DNA from: Octopus sinensis
Taxonomy: Eukaryota
DNA length: 64,000 nt
NCBI RefSeq assembly: GCF_006345805.1
Contig: NC_043010.1
Coordinates: forward strand, 44,268,001 to 44,332,000
Reading direction: 5' to 3'
Below, one piece after another: positions 51,386-63,820 of this stretch (position 1 is the first letter of the stretch; each line of letters opens with the position of its first letter). Below the pieces are notes generated by a model. It searched no databases. It was not told the origin of the DNA and saw nothing but the letters and a program-made list of their open reading frames with translations. The position numbers were made by a program, and so were the translations under genes.

Positions 51386-51771
51386 TACTAGCAGTATCGC
51401 CCGGCGTTGCTCAGGTTTGTAAGGGAAATAACTATAAAGCATTTTTAGAGAGTTATAGCCAAAGAATAGCAAAAAAATGGAAAAAATGATGGTAAATTTT
51501 TTTTGAGAGTGAAAAAAGGTGGAGTTGCGTCCCCTAGACAGTTTGCGTTTTGCGTTTCTGATTCTCGACCCCATGTCGAATTTATCGATTTTTTTCAGAA
51601 CTGGGGGAACTTTTCAAAATTTTCGCTACGTTAGTTTTGAATTATGACATTGGGCTATGTGTGTGTCAAGTTTCATCAGAATCGGTTGAAAGCCGTGGTC
51701 AGGGTGAGGGTACAAGCAAACAGACACACACAAACACGCACAGACAAACTGCCGTTTATATAGAGAGAGAT
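51386..51771 (+). mobile_element. non-autonomous Helitron-like element (Lep1-like architecture)
   Basis: start tactagcagtatcgcccggcgttgctcagg; subterminal aagtttcatcagaatcggttg; acagac/CA tract; end tttatatagagagagat; CpG intact. Confidence 0.6.
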
Positions 51772-52197
51772 GATAAAATAAAATTCATTTCTGAGCAAAA
51801 TATTTCATTATTTCACCTTTAACATTAACTATATTAAAATATGTGACTAATACTTGTCTTCCACACCAAGAGGTCCCAGTTTAGAAAGAAAGGGGTAGAT
51901 TCAAGTTAAAAGGCTAACAGGATGCAAAATAATTTCAAAATAAAAGTCAGTGCTATGAATAATTATACATTAATTATAAAAGTTTGATAAGTATGATTGT
52001 GAGAAGTTATCTCTCTCTCTCTCTCAAAAAAAAAAAAACCCACATAGAATGTCTAAAAATATCTTCAAAAGTAGGACTGAGCATAATTCTACAAGTGGAT
52101 AGGAACGTGAAGGGCTAATTGATTTGAGAATATATGCTAGTAGAACAAGAAAATTACAGGAAACTGAATGGAACAATGTCATTGGAAGATTCAAAAT

Positions 52198-52286
52198 ATG
52201 AGCCGTTTTGACCGTTTCAAAGCCCAAAACTGCAGGAAACAGTCCAACAACATAAAACTTATTCAAGCTATAAATGCCGTCAACAA
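52198..52286 (+). CDS. candidate first coding exon of an unidentified plus-strand gene
   Basis: caaaatATG context, reads MSRFDRFKAQNCRKQSNNIKLIQAINAVN, CAA|GTTAGT donor, CpG retained; no homology recognised. Confidence 0.2.
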
Positions 52287-54127
52287 GTTAGTAAACCATG
52301 TTTATATATTAAAATAATTTTTTCCCCTCTTTCTAATTTTGGCACAAGGTCAGCAGTTTTGAGAGGTGGGGTAAGTCAATTACACCAGCCCCAAAAGGAA
52401 GAAAGGAAAAGTTTAAATAATTGAGAACAGATAAGAAAGAAATTAAAGCAAAAATGCCATACCACCTAATGAAATCTTTTTTAATATAGTAACTTTCTAA
52501 GCTCATATTTTCAGAAGGTGAGAAAAGAAATTTGAACTTGGCTATATGAACATTTTTGAAATTCTAAAAATGACTTGCTGTTCAGGTTTTGAAATGGTTC
52601 AAAGATAAATAGATTGCTTTTTTCTGACATAAAAGAAAAAAAAAATTGAAATTTCAAGAGCAATAGTAAATACAGAATATTATAGACTGTTATTTATTTA
52701 GTCCTAAATTGGCCCTAAATGAACAGATTTATGATCAAAGCCATTCAAGCTTTTTTAATTTAACTTGTTGTTGTTTTTTTTGGGTTTTTTTCAGGAATAA
52801 AGAGAGAACCATGAACTATGTTAATCAATATATTCTTTTTATTTAATACAGTAGGGTTATATAGTTAGGAAGATTTGGCTGCTATTTCTAACAGGCTAAG
52901 CAACCACAGAGATGCGTGCATGGTTGCACACTGTTCAAATATCTGTACGTAGTGAACCTCATCAACAATTCCACTTTCATGATAGCTTAATATAAATATT
53001 ATCAAGCATGGTATTTTTTAATAACAATAATAATATTACAACAAAACTACTCCAGTTTGCCTTTGAACTGTAAAGTGAACTGGAAAAGAAACTTATACTA
53101 AATTTTACACTGTTTTTAGTTTTAAGTGGCAGGTGGTGTAGTGAGGTGTTAAGTTCCCAGTAGGATGCTGAGGTCACAACATGGTTTTCACTCCCATTAA
53201 ATATCTTTTCACTTCAATTGTGTTTCTAATATTCTTAGAAAAGGCATGATGGTCATCAACACAATTTCTTATTTGTCATAATGAAGAAATTTTTAGATTT
53301 CTTGTCTGCGCAGGAAATGACACCAATTAGCAGAGAAATGTGAGCGGTTACAACTGTCACTTAAACAATCATCAATTTACAACTATTCTTCAGGCAACCA
53401 CCGTGTGTGTAGTGTGTATGCAAGAGTGTGTGAGATTGAATGTATAAATACACACACACATATATATATGTGGATGAGTGTTGTAGTTATAGTATAGTGA
53501 GAATAGTTGGAATTAAATAAAGAGATATGAGTAGGCATAAATGTTTGATTTTGTTATCTAAAAGTTAGGCTGGCAAGCATTGTCAAGTAAACAAATAAAG
53601 CACCAATGTCAGCTTAGTTGTTCGCAACTTTCAGAAATCAATAAGCTGTCACGGTTCCGGTAAATTACTACATGAAAATTAAACATAATTAGTTGAAATT
53701 AAAAACAAAAAATTATCCTTTCATAAGAATAAAACGCCATAGATTGAACAAAATAAATTACTATTATTAAAGCAAATTAGGAGAAATTAAGTTGGTCTTT
53801 GCATTAATTGAATACATCAAGTTCGGACATACTGGTCCCTATATTGCTGTTAGTCCCAAAACTAAATATATACATACTAATATGTGTATTTTTTTTTCTG
53901 GTGAAAGAATATAGGAAAAGAGGGACATAATCAATTCTAGATGAAAGATGAAATATAAACAAACAACGACTGAAGGAGACTAGATGTAAAGTCATAAAGT
54001 TTGGTTTGTATGTCAGTGGATAAAATACATACTTTTTCTTTCGGCCAGTGGGTTCTTTTTGGAGGCATCGGTGTGTACATTGTTCCCCATCAAGGTACTC
54101 TTTCAAAGTGTTACAGCTTCACTTTAA

Positions 54128-54159
<32 letters not shown>

Positions 54160-54998
54160 TGTAGGGAGAGAGGGAAATGGGGTGAGGGACAGAGACACAT
54201 ATATCTCTATATAATATATTACACATGTGTGCATAACAGTCATCTACAGACAATCTGTCTGACTAACTCTGACTCTCACTCATTCACTCTTACTCTCTCT
54301 CTCTCTCTCTCACACACACACATTCACACAAACACATACATGATTCGATATATGTGTACACATATGTGTCAACTGAAAATTACAAACTTACTTCAAGCGA
54401 TAAAGAAACACACACACACACACACAGTATAACTACTATACTACTATTGTATCATCAGTACCGCCCACCCATATATGTGGTCTCAGAGAGGCACTTGAAG
54501 TTTTGTTCATCTTGGAGATGGGGGTGAGGGCTGAATATAGAGGGCTTGCTAAGAGGTGGGCAGAATAGAATGGGGGAAGGTTAAGTAGAGAAGAGAAAGG
54601 AAGAAAAGAGTGTATATTGTGTGTGTGCACGCACGCGCACAAACACACACACACACATACACGTGCGTGTAGCAGGGAGAGAAAGAGAGTTTAGACTAGG
54701 GGACTGTGCTATCTCTTCACAGCTTACCCTTTACCCACATCTCTGCCACTGCCAACACCACAATTACTACCATCAGCACCATTAAGAATCTGCTGCTACT
54801 GCTCTGCTTCGGTAGCAGGCTAATAGTATTGGTTAATAGTGAACATGCTGCCTCCACCACCTCACCATTACCATCCTGTCTCACCTTTAATTAACACTTT
54901 AAAGGAACTGTCATGTACAGTGGAAAAGTTTGGATAACACAAGCCTGTCTGTCCAGTGGTATATAGTATGAAAACATGCTACCTGGTGTGCCTAAGGA

Positions 54999-55193
54999 TT
55001 AACTCTAGCATTTAATCTGGCCATATCCAGCCCAAATATCCGATCTCTCACACCTACCCTACAATGTCATTCTAAAAATAAACAATCCCATCATTGAAAT
55101 CTTGAAGCTACAAGATAATGCATGATTAATTTAAAACAATGAGAATATATAAGCATTACATTTGACAGAGAAATCTGAATGCTAAAGGGTTAA
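54999..55193. mobile_element. piggyBac-like MITE
   Basis: termini ttaactctagcatt / aatgctaaagggttaa (TTAA-CCCT type). Confidence 0.7.
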
Positions 55194-55932
55194 GGTGGTA
55201 TGCTGTGTTGTGATTTAGAGTTAGAATCAGGCTACTGGAAGTTGACAATGCTAAAAAATGGAAGATTTAGAAAACAATGTTAAGAGTAACAAGTATGAAA
55301 GTGTATATAGGTGTATAGAGTGATCCAAGAGTGAATGAGTTTCATTGGTTTGAATGTGTTTAAGTACACTGCTTAGTTTCTCTCAGTATTCAACAACCAG
55401 GAGACAGCTGGCAATATATTAAAGAAGGAAATAGGAGGTTATAGGGTGGAGCACTGTAAATGAAAGTGAGATGAAATAGGGTGGAGTTTAGGGGTGGGAA
55501 CAGCTGGTCAATGTAAAGAGCTTACAAAGGAAATGAGGAAGAGAAAGGGTGGCAGAAGAAATTTAGACAGAAAATTTAGACAGAAAAACAGATAAATAAG
55601 TTCAAGACAGACAGGTAGAGAACAGATGAATAAATAGACATGAAAAGGTAAATAAGTGGACATGAAAATAAGAATTAAAAAGACAGAGAGTAAATAAACT
55701 TAAGGAAAGGAATCAGAAAAATAAAGACAGAAAAGAAAAATAACAGAAGAAAATGAATGTGAAGAGTTAAAACCCCGACAAATAGAAGATAAGAATTAGA
55801 ATACAAGAGAAAAGGTAGACTTAATCCAGTACCAGGATTAACTCCACTTGGGGACCCTTAATGAAATTCACTCTGTTGTGAGCATTTGGGCCTGGTCTCC
55901 AGGCTAAATATAACTCCCTTCTTCCCTCCCAG

Positions 55933-56020
55933 TCATCTTGAAGATCATGAAAAGGGTAGTGCCTTTCCCAATTCAACTAAGCGATATAATAAATAAAACA
56001 AAAAGAAGAGCAAAAGAAAG
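55933..56020 (+). other. candidate 88-nt exon
   Basis: ctcccttcttccctcccag| acceptor and AAG|GTAAGT donor; one frame open throughout (ILKIMKRVVPFPIQLSDIINKTKRRAKE). Confidence 0.3.
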
Positions 56021-57039
56021 GTAAGTGAAAGACTCTAGTAGCAACAACTAATTAAGGTAATGAAGATATGAATAATTAAATTAAATACGTCAATGCAATA
56101 AGATTTCGGATCATTTAATTTAATTCTCTGACTAAAAATACTCAAAAAAAGGAAGTGTTATTAGATTAATATTTTTTTATGGCTCAGTAAGAAGACAAAC
56201 ATTACACCAACATAGGGTCTCTGAAACTAGTAGGCGAAACAGAAGAAACTGTATCTTTTATGGGTTACAAAATTAGAGACCTGATCTCCTTGATGAGAAA
56301 AGTGTGGGGTCTGTTCAAGGCACTGAAAAACCAGGTGGTGCTGTTAAAGTGGACTTAAAAGTCCCTTACTCATATTTAAACCAATCAACATCAGGGTAAT
56401 ATATCACAGTTTCATAAATTGTAAAGATTAAAATAGAAAGGAAAAGTAGGAAAAAAGAAAGGGACATGAGAAAAAGAAGAAATAAAAGAGCAAAAGGGAA
56501 ATGAGAGAAAACATAAGATGGACAGGAAAGAATTTTTTCTTCTTTAACATTAACTTCTGTTTCCATAAGTGGTAGTCTACAGTATAAAAGGTATTGTACA
56601 CTGAACACTGGCCAACTTTTGCCTTTGGTTTTTAATCTTTGATAAGATCAGCTGCTTCACGAAATATAACTCTGAACCTAGCTATTTCCATAAAGGGAAC
56701 GAATGTCTTTTGCAAAGGTTCTCCAGCACAGTAGAGTTCTGTAACTTAATTTTTGTAATTTAAAAGAGTAACCTATAATGAGTTCACAAACCATATTTAA
56801 TCTTTTCTTTTTTTTTTATACGTAAAATGCTATCAGTAGAAAAAGCCACTTGAAATCAGATATATGTTATTTAATTTCTCTGAAAAATAAGCTTTTTAAT
56901 TGCAAATTGTAAAAGAGCAACATTTGGCATTAACCGCTCCTTGTGTTTCGGTTAGTGTCCAGTCTTTACTATACAGAACAGAACTATTTCAAAGCAAACT
57001 TTGACAAGCATTATTTTAAATCTATCACTGATTGAATAC

Positions 57040-57412
57040 TCTTTTACTTGTTTCAGTCATTTAACTGTGGCCATGCTGGAGTACCGCCTTTAGTCGAGCA
57101 TATCAACCCCAGGACTTATTCATTATAAGCCTAGTACTTATTCTATTGGTCTCATTTGCCGAACTGCTAAGTTACAGTAATGTAAACACACCAACAAAGG
57201 TTGTCAAGCGATGTTGGGGGTACAAACACAGACACACAAACATATACACACACATATATACAACGGGATTCTTTCAGTTTCCGTCTACCAAATCCACTCA
57301 TAAGGCTCTGGTCAGCTTGAGGCTATAGTAGAAGATGCTTGAGGTGCCATGCAGTGGGATTGAACTTGGAACCATGTGGTTGGGAAGTAAGCTTCTTACC
57401 ATACAGCCACAC
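57040..57412 (-). mobile_element. SINE family A
   Basis: full-length reverse complement copy. Confidence 0.85.
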
Positions 57413-57445
57413 CACATACACACATCTATATATGTACATATTCAA

Positions 57446-57835
57446 AATTATATTAGAGGGTACATGAAGCACCAGCTTGCTAGAAAGTGGAAGTAAAAAC
57501 TGCCAACTTAACCTACAATCTCACTGAAAATATGCAACAGACCAACAGAAATCGGGCAAATGAGCAGAATTTAACATACTATCTCAGCTAAAAAGCCATA
57601 GATTGAGGTAACAGACATCCCTGGATCATGATTTTGAATTCTGACTAGTGTCTCAATTTCCCTCAGCAGGTCTTGCTGTACCTAAAATGAAAAATCTATC
57701 TTGCCTCTTTTGTAATCTGCTATGTCTTGAATGTTGGTCCATTGCATATTTTCAGTGAGATTGGTGGTTAAGTTGGGTTTTTTTTTACTTCCGCTTTCTG
57801 GCAAGCTGGTGCTTTGTGTACCCTCTAATATAATT
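57446..57835. mobile_element. ~390-bp MITE with ~100-bp TIRs
   Basis: 57446-57547 matches the reverse complement of 57732-57835 (aattatattagagggtac...ccaacttaacc...gaccaaca). Confidence 0.85.
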
Positions 57836-58116
57836 ATGAATTTATTGTATTGCTGTTTAATGCTAATATTGCTTGCTACCACTAATGTTATTGTTGTTGT
57901 TATCAATTTTAAAGATTTGCTGCTGATAATGATAATAACAGTTTTACGAGTATTCACTTGAATATTTACTCATTTATATATATATATGTATATATATATT
58001 TTTTTCTTGAGTTTCAGCTCAGAGCTGCGGCCATGCTGATGCACCACCGTTTAAACATAAAGACAGACGAAATACCATTGAGCATTTCGCCTTGCACGCT
58101 AACGTTTCTGCCAGCT

Positions 58117-58148
<32 letters not shown>

Positions 58149-59124
58149 GGACAGCCTTCCTGATCTTCGTTTGCGAAGCCAAGCCATGATGATGATGATG
58201 ATGATATATATATATATGATATCATGGTGTTCAGGTCACCAAATAGACATTAGGAAAGGGAAATGGAGAGTTAGTTTAGAGAAGACAGCAGGATAAGTGA
58301 AATGAAAGAGAAAGAACATGCAGAAATGAAAAAAAGATAAGGGAAAGAGAGAAACAAGAGAACAGTTAAAGGGGAAGGATGGAAAAAATGAGGAGAAAAA
58401 GGAAAAAATTCTTTCTTCTTTATACTTTATGTGATGGTGAATCTCATGGAACATGGTAAACAATGGGTATTGTTAATGTGGGGTTGAATGTTGTCAACTC
58501 TAAGACAAGCAACAATAGTATCAATGGAGAGACAAGAGAAGAAACAATAGCATTGTTTCATAATTCCTCTTTTGTAACAAGTCTAAAGCCACAACCATTT
58601 ACTCAGTGATCTTCACCTCTTTCGATTAAAATACATATCAAACATAGTCTCAGCTTTTAACCATCTCCCATTGTCTTTATGTCAGACTAGTTTTTGTTTA
58701 ATCCTAAATCAGTCCTGGTTCTAGTAGATCTGTGAACAAAGGTGTTCTGGCTATGGCAATACCATCTTTTTTTGGTTATGTGTAGAACTACATCATCTCA
58801 CATGTCTTTCTTTTTAAGAAGGCAGGGCATAAGTTTAAGGAAAATTTGGCAGTTGTTTTCAGCAGAACATGCAACCACATTGAAACTCCATTGTTTACTG
58901 GAACCCAGAATGAGCTAAACAGGGAGTAAAAAAATTGCTTTCCCTTTTCTTTTTGTTTTGTTTTAGCACTGTTATATTCAAGGAAAAAAATACTGTCAAG
59001 AGGCAAGTGGGGTTCAGCATAGAGTTTGATATGTTGCAAAAACATTAATAGTTGAGTTAATAAGAGGGCCTCTACATGGTTGTTCAACCTGCTAAAAATA
59101 GAAACCAAATCTCCCTCAAATCAC

Positions 59125-59464
59125 TGACATTGGCAGCTGAATAAGCTATTGGAAATGGTGTTGCACTGACTTTTCATGGGTCCCGCTTTGTTTCAGATTT
59201 TATGCACTGTAAAGTGTAAATGCATCCAACAGTTTTAAGAGTTTCATAGCATTAAACAGACATGAACAAACAAATTTTTTGGATATTATTACAGTCAGTT
59301 TATTTGCAAGCAACATTATCAGATCATATAACTCTCTAACCATAGTAGTTCACACTAGGTAAATTGTTGCATGTACAACCCCCAAAATGCAAAATACCTG
59401 TAGCAGGACCCATGAAAAGTCAATGCAACACCATTTCCAATTGGCTGCTCAGCTGCCAATATCA
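59125..59464. mobile_element. ~340-bp MITE with ~62-bp TIRs
   Basis: attggcagctga...attggaaatggtgttgcactgacttttcatgggtcc matches the reverse complement of 59403-59464. Confidence 0.85.
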
Positions 59465-59809
59465 ATCAATAAAGTGGTATATCGGTCAATATGTTTGTAT
59501 CTCAACAATATATAAAGTACTCTAGTTCTGAAACATTCATGCTTTATAAAAAAAACAGTTTTCTCCCTCAACCTCTCAAACAATATTAAATAAATAAAAA
59601 AAATTTAAAAACTAATAAACAAAAGTCTAAAAATTTGGATTACTTCCATAGAAATATCAAGCATTAAATTTTTTAGGATGTAAATAATCAAGAATCAATC
59701 AATCAATTGTGCTGTTACATTAAACAACTTCAATAGATCAAGGAAATGGGATAAAATGTAAACAAGTGTATTTTAGGTAACAGCTGTGCTCAGAACTAAA
59801 GGTAATATT

Positions 59810-59848
<39 letters not shown>

Positions 59849-59909
59849 ATATGTGTGTTTTACAACCATTTTTTGATGTTAGAATGGGTTAGATGAACAA
59901 ATTATTGAG

Positions 59910-60288
59910 GCACTAGCACTATGACCCGGCAACACTGGGTCATAGTGCTAGTGCATGCATATACAGTTGCGTGCGTGCGCACATACATGCGAGTACTGTC
60001 CAAATCTCCAACCAATCACACAGCTAGCTGGCATTCAATCGGCGTATCAAGTTTCGGGCATTTTGATTGGGTTTTGGCTAGAAAATTCACAAAAAAGTCA
60101 CTTCTAGTGATTTTTTTAAAGGCTTTGCAGGGTGACAGGGGAAATGTAAAGATGTGCACGACTACCCTTAGACGGTTTCGAATGACCATAGAAAGTGCGA
60201 GCCCTCTAACTGAAAAATTGTGGATTTGTATAAAGGACATGCACACACAGACAGAGATAGACATTTTGCTGTATATATACATAGAGAT
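59910..60288 (+). mobile_element. Helitron/Helentron-associated (HINE/DINE-like) non-autonomous element
   Basis: 5' perfect 18-bp hairpin, (GTGC)n-like tract, 3' acagacag...tatatacatagagat end similar to 51386-51771. Confidence 0.5.
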
Positions 60289-60639
60289 TGTTTTATAGCT
60301 GGATACCTTTCCTGATTCTAACCCTTACCTGTTTTTTGTTTTACCTACTTTTGCTGTGGTGGGCAGAGATGAGCAAGATGGATGATGTAATAATCTTTTA
60401 CACTTTATTGTTTGTTGTACATCCCAGCACAATGTTTGGGATCAGTGAAGTTAATGATGCTGCAGCTATTTTTGTGTGTATGGGTTCCTAAAGCTTGTCT
60501 GAGATGAGGGAAGAGATGGTATTTTTAGGATACTGAGAGGATTGAAACTTGCAACAAATTGGACAAACATAGTTTATTGCGGATCTAATGTATTGTTTGT
60601 ACACTATTGTTATTGCTACTTTCTTATGGTCAAATGTGA

Positions 60640-61085
60640 TACCAATGATGTTTGAGTAGAAGTGCCAATCACCTAAAGTGGATGGAACTTGTGGAAGAGG
60701 GAGACCAAAAAAGATGTGTTGAAGTATTGCAGGCTTGATATCAAGATACTGAACCTTACAAGGGAGATGACAAAAGACCAAAATATCTGTATTCAAGAAT
60801 AACTGTTTACCACAGTAGAATTGATGCTAGTGCCACATTAAAAGCATTGGTGCTGGTGTCATGTTAAAAGCACTGGTACTGGTGCCACATTAAAAGTGCT
60901 GGTACTTCATAAAAAGCACCCAGTACACTCTGTGGAGTGGTTGATGTTAGGAAGGGCATCCAGCTATAGAAACCATGCCAGAACAAACAATGGAGCCTGG
61001 TGCAGCTCCTGAGCTCAACAGCTACAGTCAAACTGTCCAACCCATGCCAGGATGGAAAACAGACATTAAATGATGATGACGATGA
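60640..61085 (+). mobile_element. degenerate RTE 3' fragment
   Basis: VDGTCGRGRPKK segment, four ~26-nt tandem units, conserved 3' end and GAT tail. Confidence 0.8.
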
Positions 61086-61905
61086 TATCTCCTATAAATA
61101 TTGTGAATGCTGTGCTGGAGTTATATGTAACTCCTGTATATGAAGTTGGTAACATTAGTTGTTAACCAGATAACAAAATACATTATTTATTAAAAGAGTA
61201 ATAGGTTGGCCAGCTTTGAATAAGCAAAGTCTATATTAGTTCTTAATTTTGAATTGGCATTCAAAGACTGAAAAGGCCTGTAGTTTAAATGCTATCTAAT
61301 CAGTTGTTCTTTTGTTCCAGGTCAGGTCAGCTCTCTCTCCCCACCTCCGATTGAATAAAAGAGTTCTAACCATGTTCATTGAATTTTTTTTCGGTCACAA
61401 TGTATTTTAAGACTACATGATCCAAGATGTCCTCCTTTTCTGAAGCTAGTTGGGTGTAACTTGAGAGAGATTTGGTTGCTATTTTGGGAAACTTAAGCAA
61501 CCGTATAGCTAGTCATCTAGAATTGAGCACAGCTGGTGAGTAATAACAGGGGTGAAGTATTGGGTGTCAATCACTACCAGATGGAATTATTCAAAATCAG
61601 ATTCGTTGTTTAAGAACATAAGAAAAGATTTAATACACCAGAGACCTTTGTGTGTGTGTGTGTGTAAACAACTGAACATTGATTATAAGCACAAGGAGCT
61701 GACATAAAAGATATGGCTTAAGTTTTCACAACTTAATCCAAATATTGGCAGAAGGAACAATGAAAGGCCAATGTAGAGAAGAAAAACTCTTTTGTCCTGT
61801 TTAGTACGACTTCTCCAGTAGTAGTCACATGATAAAATGTACCTAGCCCAATCTGCAAAGTGATGTTGATAAGAAAGACACAGAAACCATAAAAAAAATT
61901 TAGCC

Positions 61906-62089
61906 AAAAATAATGACATACACAATAACATTGTCAGAGTTTCTCTGTTGAAATGCATGCAAGATGACGAAGGGCTGTGGTGAGCAGCGAAAAGAGAAAA
62001 AAAATAATGACATACACAATGACAATAGTTTCTCTGTTGAAATGCATGCAAGATGACGAAGGGCTGTGGTGAGCAGCAAAAAGAGAAAA
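61906..62089 (+). repeat. recent ~93-bp tandem duplication
   Basis: two near-identical copies of aaaaataatgacatacacaat...gtttctctgttgaaatgcatgcaagatgacgaagggctgtggtgagcagc. Confidence 0.95.
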
Positions 62090-63291
62090 GTTGCAATAAG
62101 TAATGAGGCTGAGGACTGCGGTAGGTAGTGATTGCTGGTGAGATGAAAGACTGCAGCATTGTAAAACCTGCTTAAGTCATGTCAGTATGGAAAGAAAAAT
62201 CATAGGTTGGAATATCATTTGTTGGACTGTTATGTTGTTGTTACCCTGCTTTGTTATATATTTTATTGTTACTACACGGTTATAATGTAAACAAGTATTG
62301 TCATAAATAGTGGCGATAATACAATAATTGGCGATGAGTAACTACATTACAAAATAGACAAAAGAAGTGATGTTAGATATCCCAAAGAAGTGATGTTAGA
62401 TATATATTAAGAAAATCAGGAAGAAGGGCACTTGAATAAACCTCTACCTTCCTGTTTAGCTTCTTCCAACAGACTGGTCTTACAGATAGCATTGAAGTCT
62501 TGGTATATTTTAGTACAAATACACTAAAAGCTTAAAGATTACTAAATCTGTTTATTTTAGAGTTTGTACTTGTCCATCAAGTGACTTGATCTGGGAGGCC
62601 ATTAAATGAAACTGAAGTGAATACTTTGTGGAAGAGACATTTTAGCCATTTGATAACATAAACATTGTTGTATTCACTTTTCATTCATTTCTTAAGGGTC
62701 CAAAATTTTTGTCACATCCCTGAGATCTTGTCACCAACAGAGTTCCACTCAACTATGAAGGTGACCAGATGGGTGTGGAGCTTCAAAAATTTTGACACCT
62801 AAAGAAATAAATGGAAAGTGACTGAAAGAGTTTTTTGTATATTTAGATAACTAAAATGGTTCTTCCATTCCACCGCTAAAATTGTATGTTATTCCATCAA
62901 TTCAAAAATTTATAAATCGGAAATTTTTTTATGATTTTTATCTTTTACTACTGCTTTCTATTTCTTCCTGCTTCCTTTCAATTTATTTGAAGAATCTTAG
63001 ACAAACTTCTTCTTTGGAATGTAACTAAAAATTTGATGAAAAAATTTTGCCTGAAAAAACTTTCAAATTTTTGGCAGATGCACTGTTGAGGAGGTTAAAA
63101 TAATTTAGCTTGAAAGGATGGATGCCATATTTCAAAGTGTTTAAACATTTTTATTTGGAATAACAATAAAATAAATATAAAAATGAAAAAGCTGGATGGA
63201 ATATTTCAAAAATAAAAATTAAATTTATCTTAATAACGAATTTTTAAAAACTAATATATAAGAAATATTGAAAAAAGAGAACTAGCTGCAG

Positions 63292-63480
63292 TTTAGCCCA
63301 GGCCAGACTTGATCAAGCAGATTAATGGTGAATGTTACTTCAGTTATAACAATCACACCTTTTTAGTATATCAGGGACTACATTGTTCAATATAGTCCCT
63401 TCTTTAAGATGGTAGGGTGTGATTTTTAAGGGAGATCTAGCTGCTATATTTAGCAGATGAAGTGACTATATAGAGGATCC
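63292..63480 (+). repeat. unclassified dispersed repeat (family H), representative copy
   Basis: gatggtagggtgtgattt..gggagat.t.gctgctattt motif recurs near 350, 19700 (-), 27770, 37760, 45690, 52860, 59080 (-), 61460. Confidence 0.7.
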
Positions 63481-63820
63481 TTCTTTGGACTGAAAATAAA
63501 GCAATGGCTAAGTAGTTAAAGTGAAAAAAATATCAGTTTTAATCACAAACTTTCATACTGGTTCAAATCCTATATCACTCAGTGCATTGTGATCTAAAAT
63601 GAACAGATATTACTTTGAGTTAATCTAAATGCAAAGCAAAAATTATAGGCCAACTTAACTGGCATCCCTGCTGATTGTGAAATTGTTCAAAATGTGCTAT
63701 CATTAGTGATATATGTAGAAGAGAAACTTTGAAATAAAATGAGAGGAGAAGCTACACATACTAATTTAAATAAGATTACTAATGAATTATCTAATATTTT
63801 GAGTCAGTAATATATATATA

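Noticed and set aside
52198-52240. GAAACGGTC on the minus strand (hammerhead 3' half)
   Set aside because: No CUGANGA and no stem II upstream
61683-62159. 158-aa minus-strand ORF
   Set aside because: Length comes from the tandem duplication; alternative start codon, composition not protein-like
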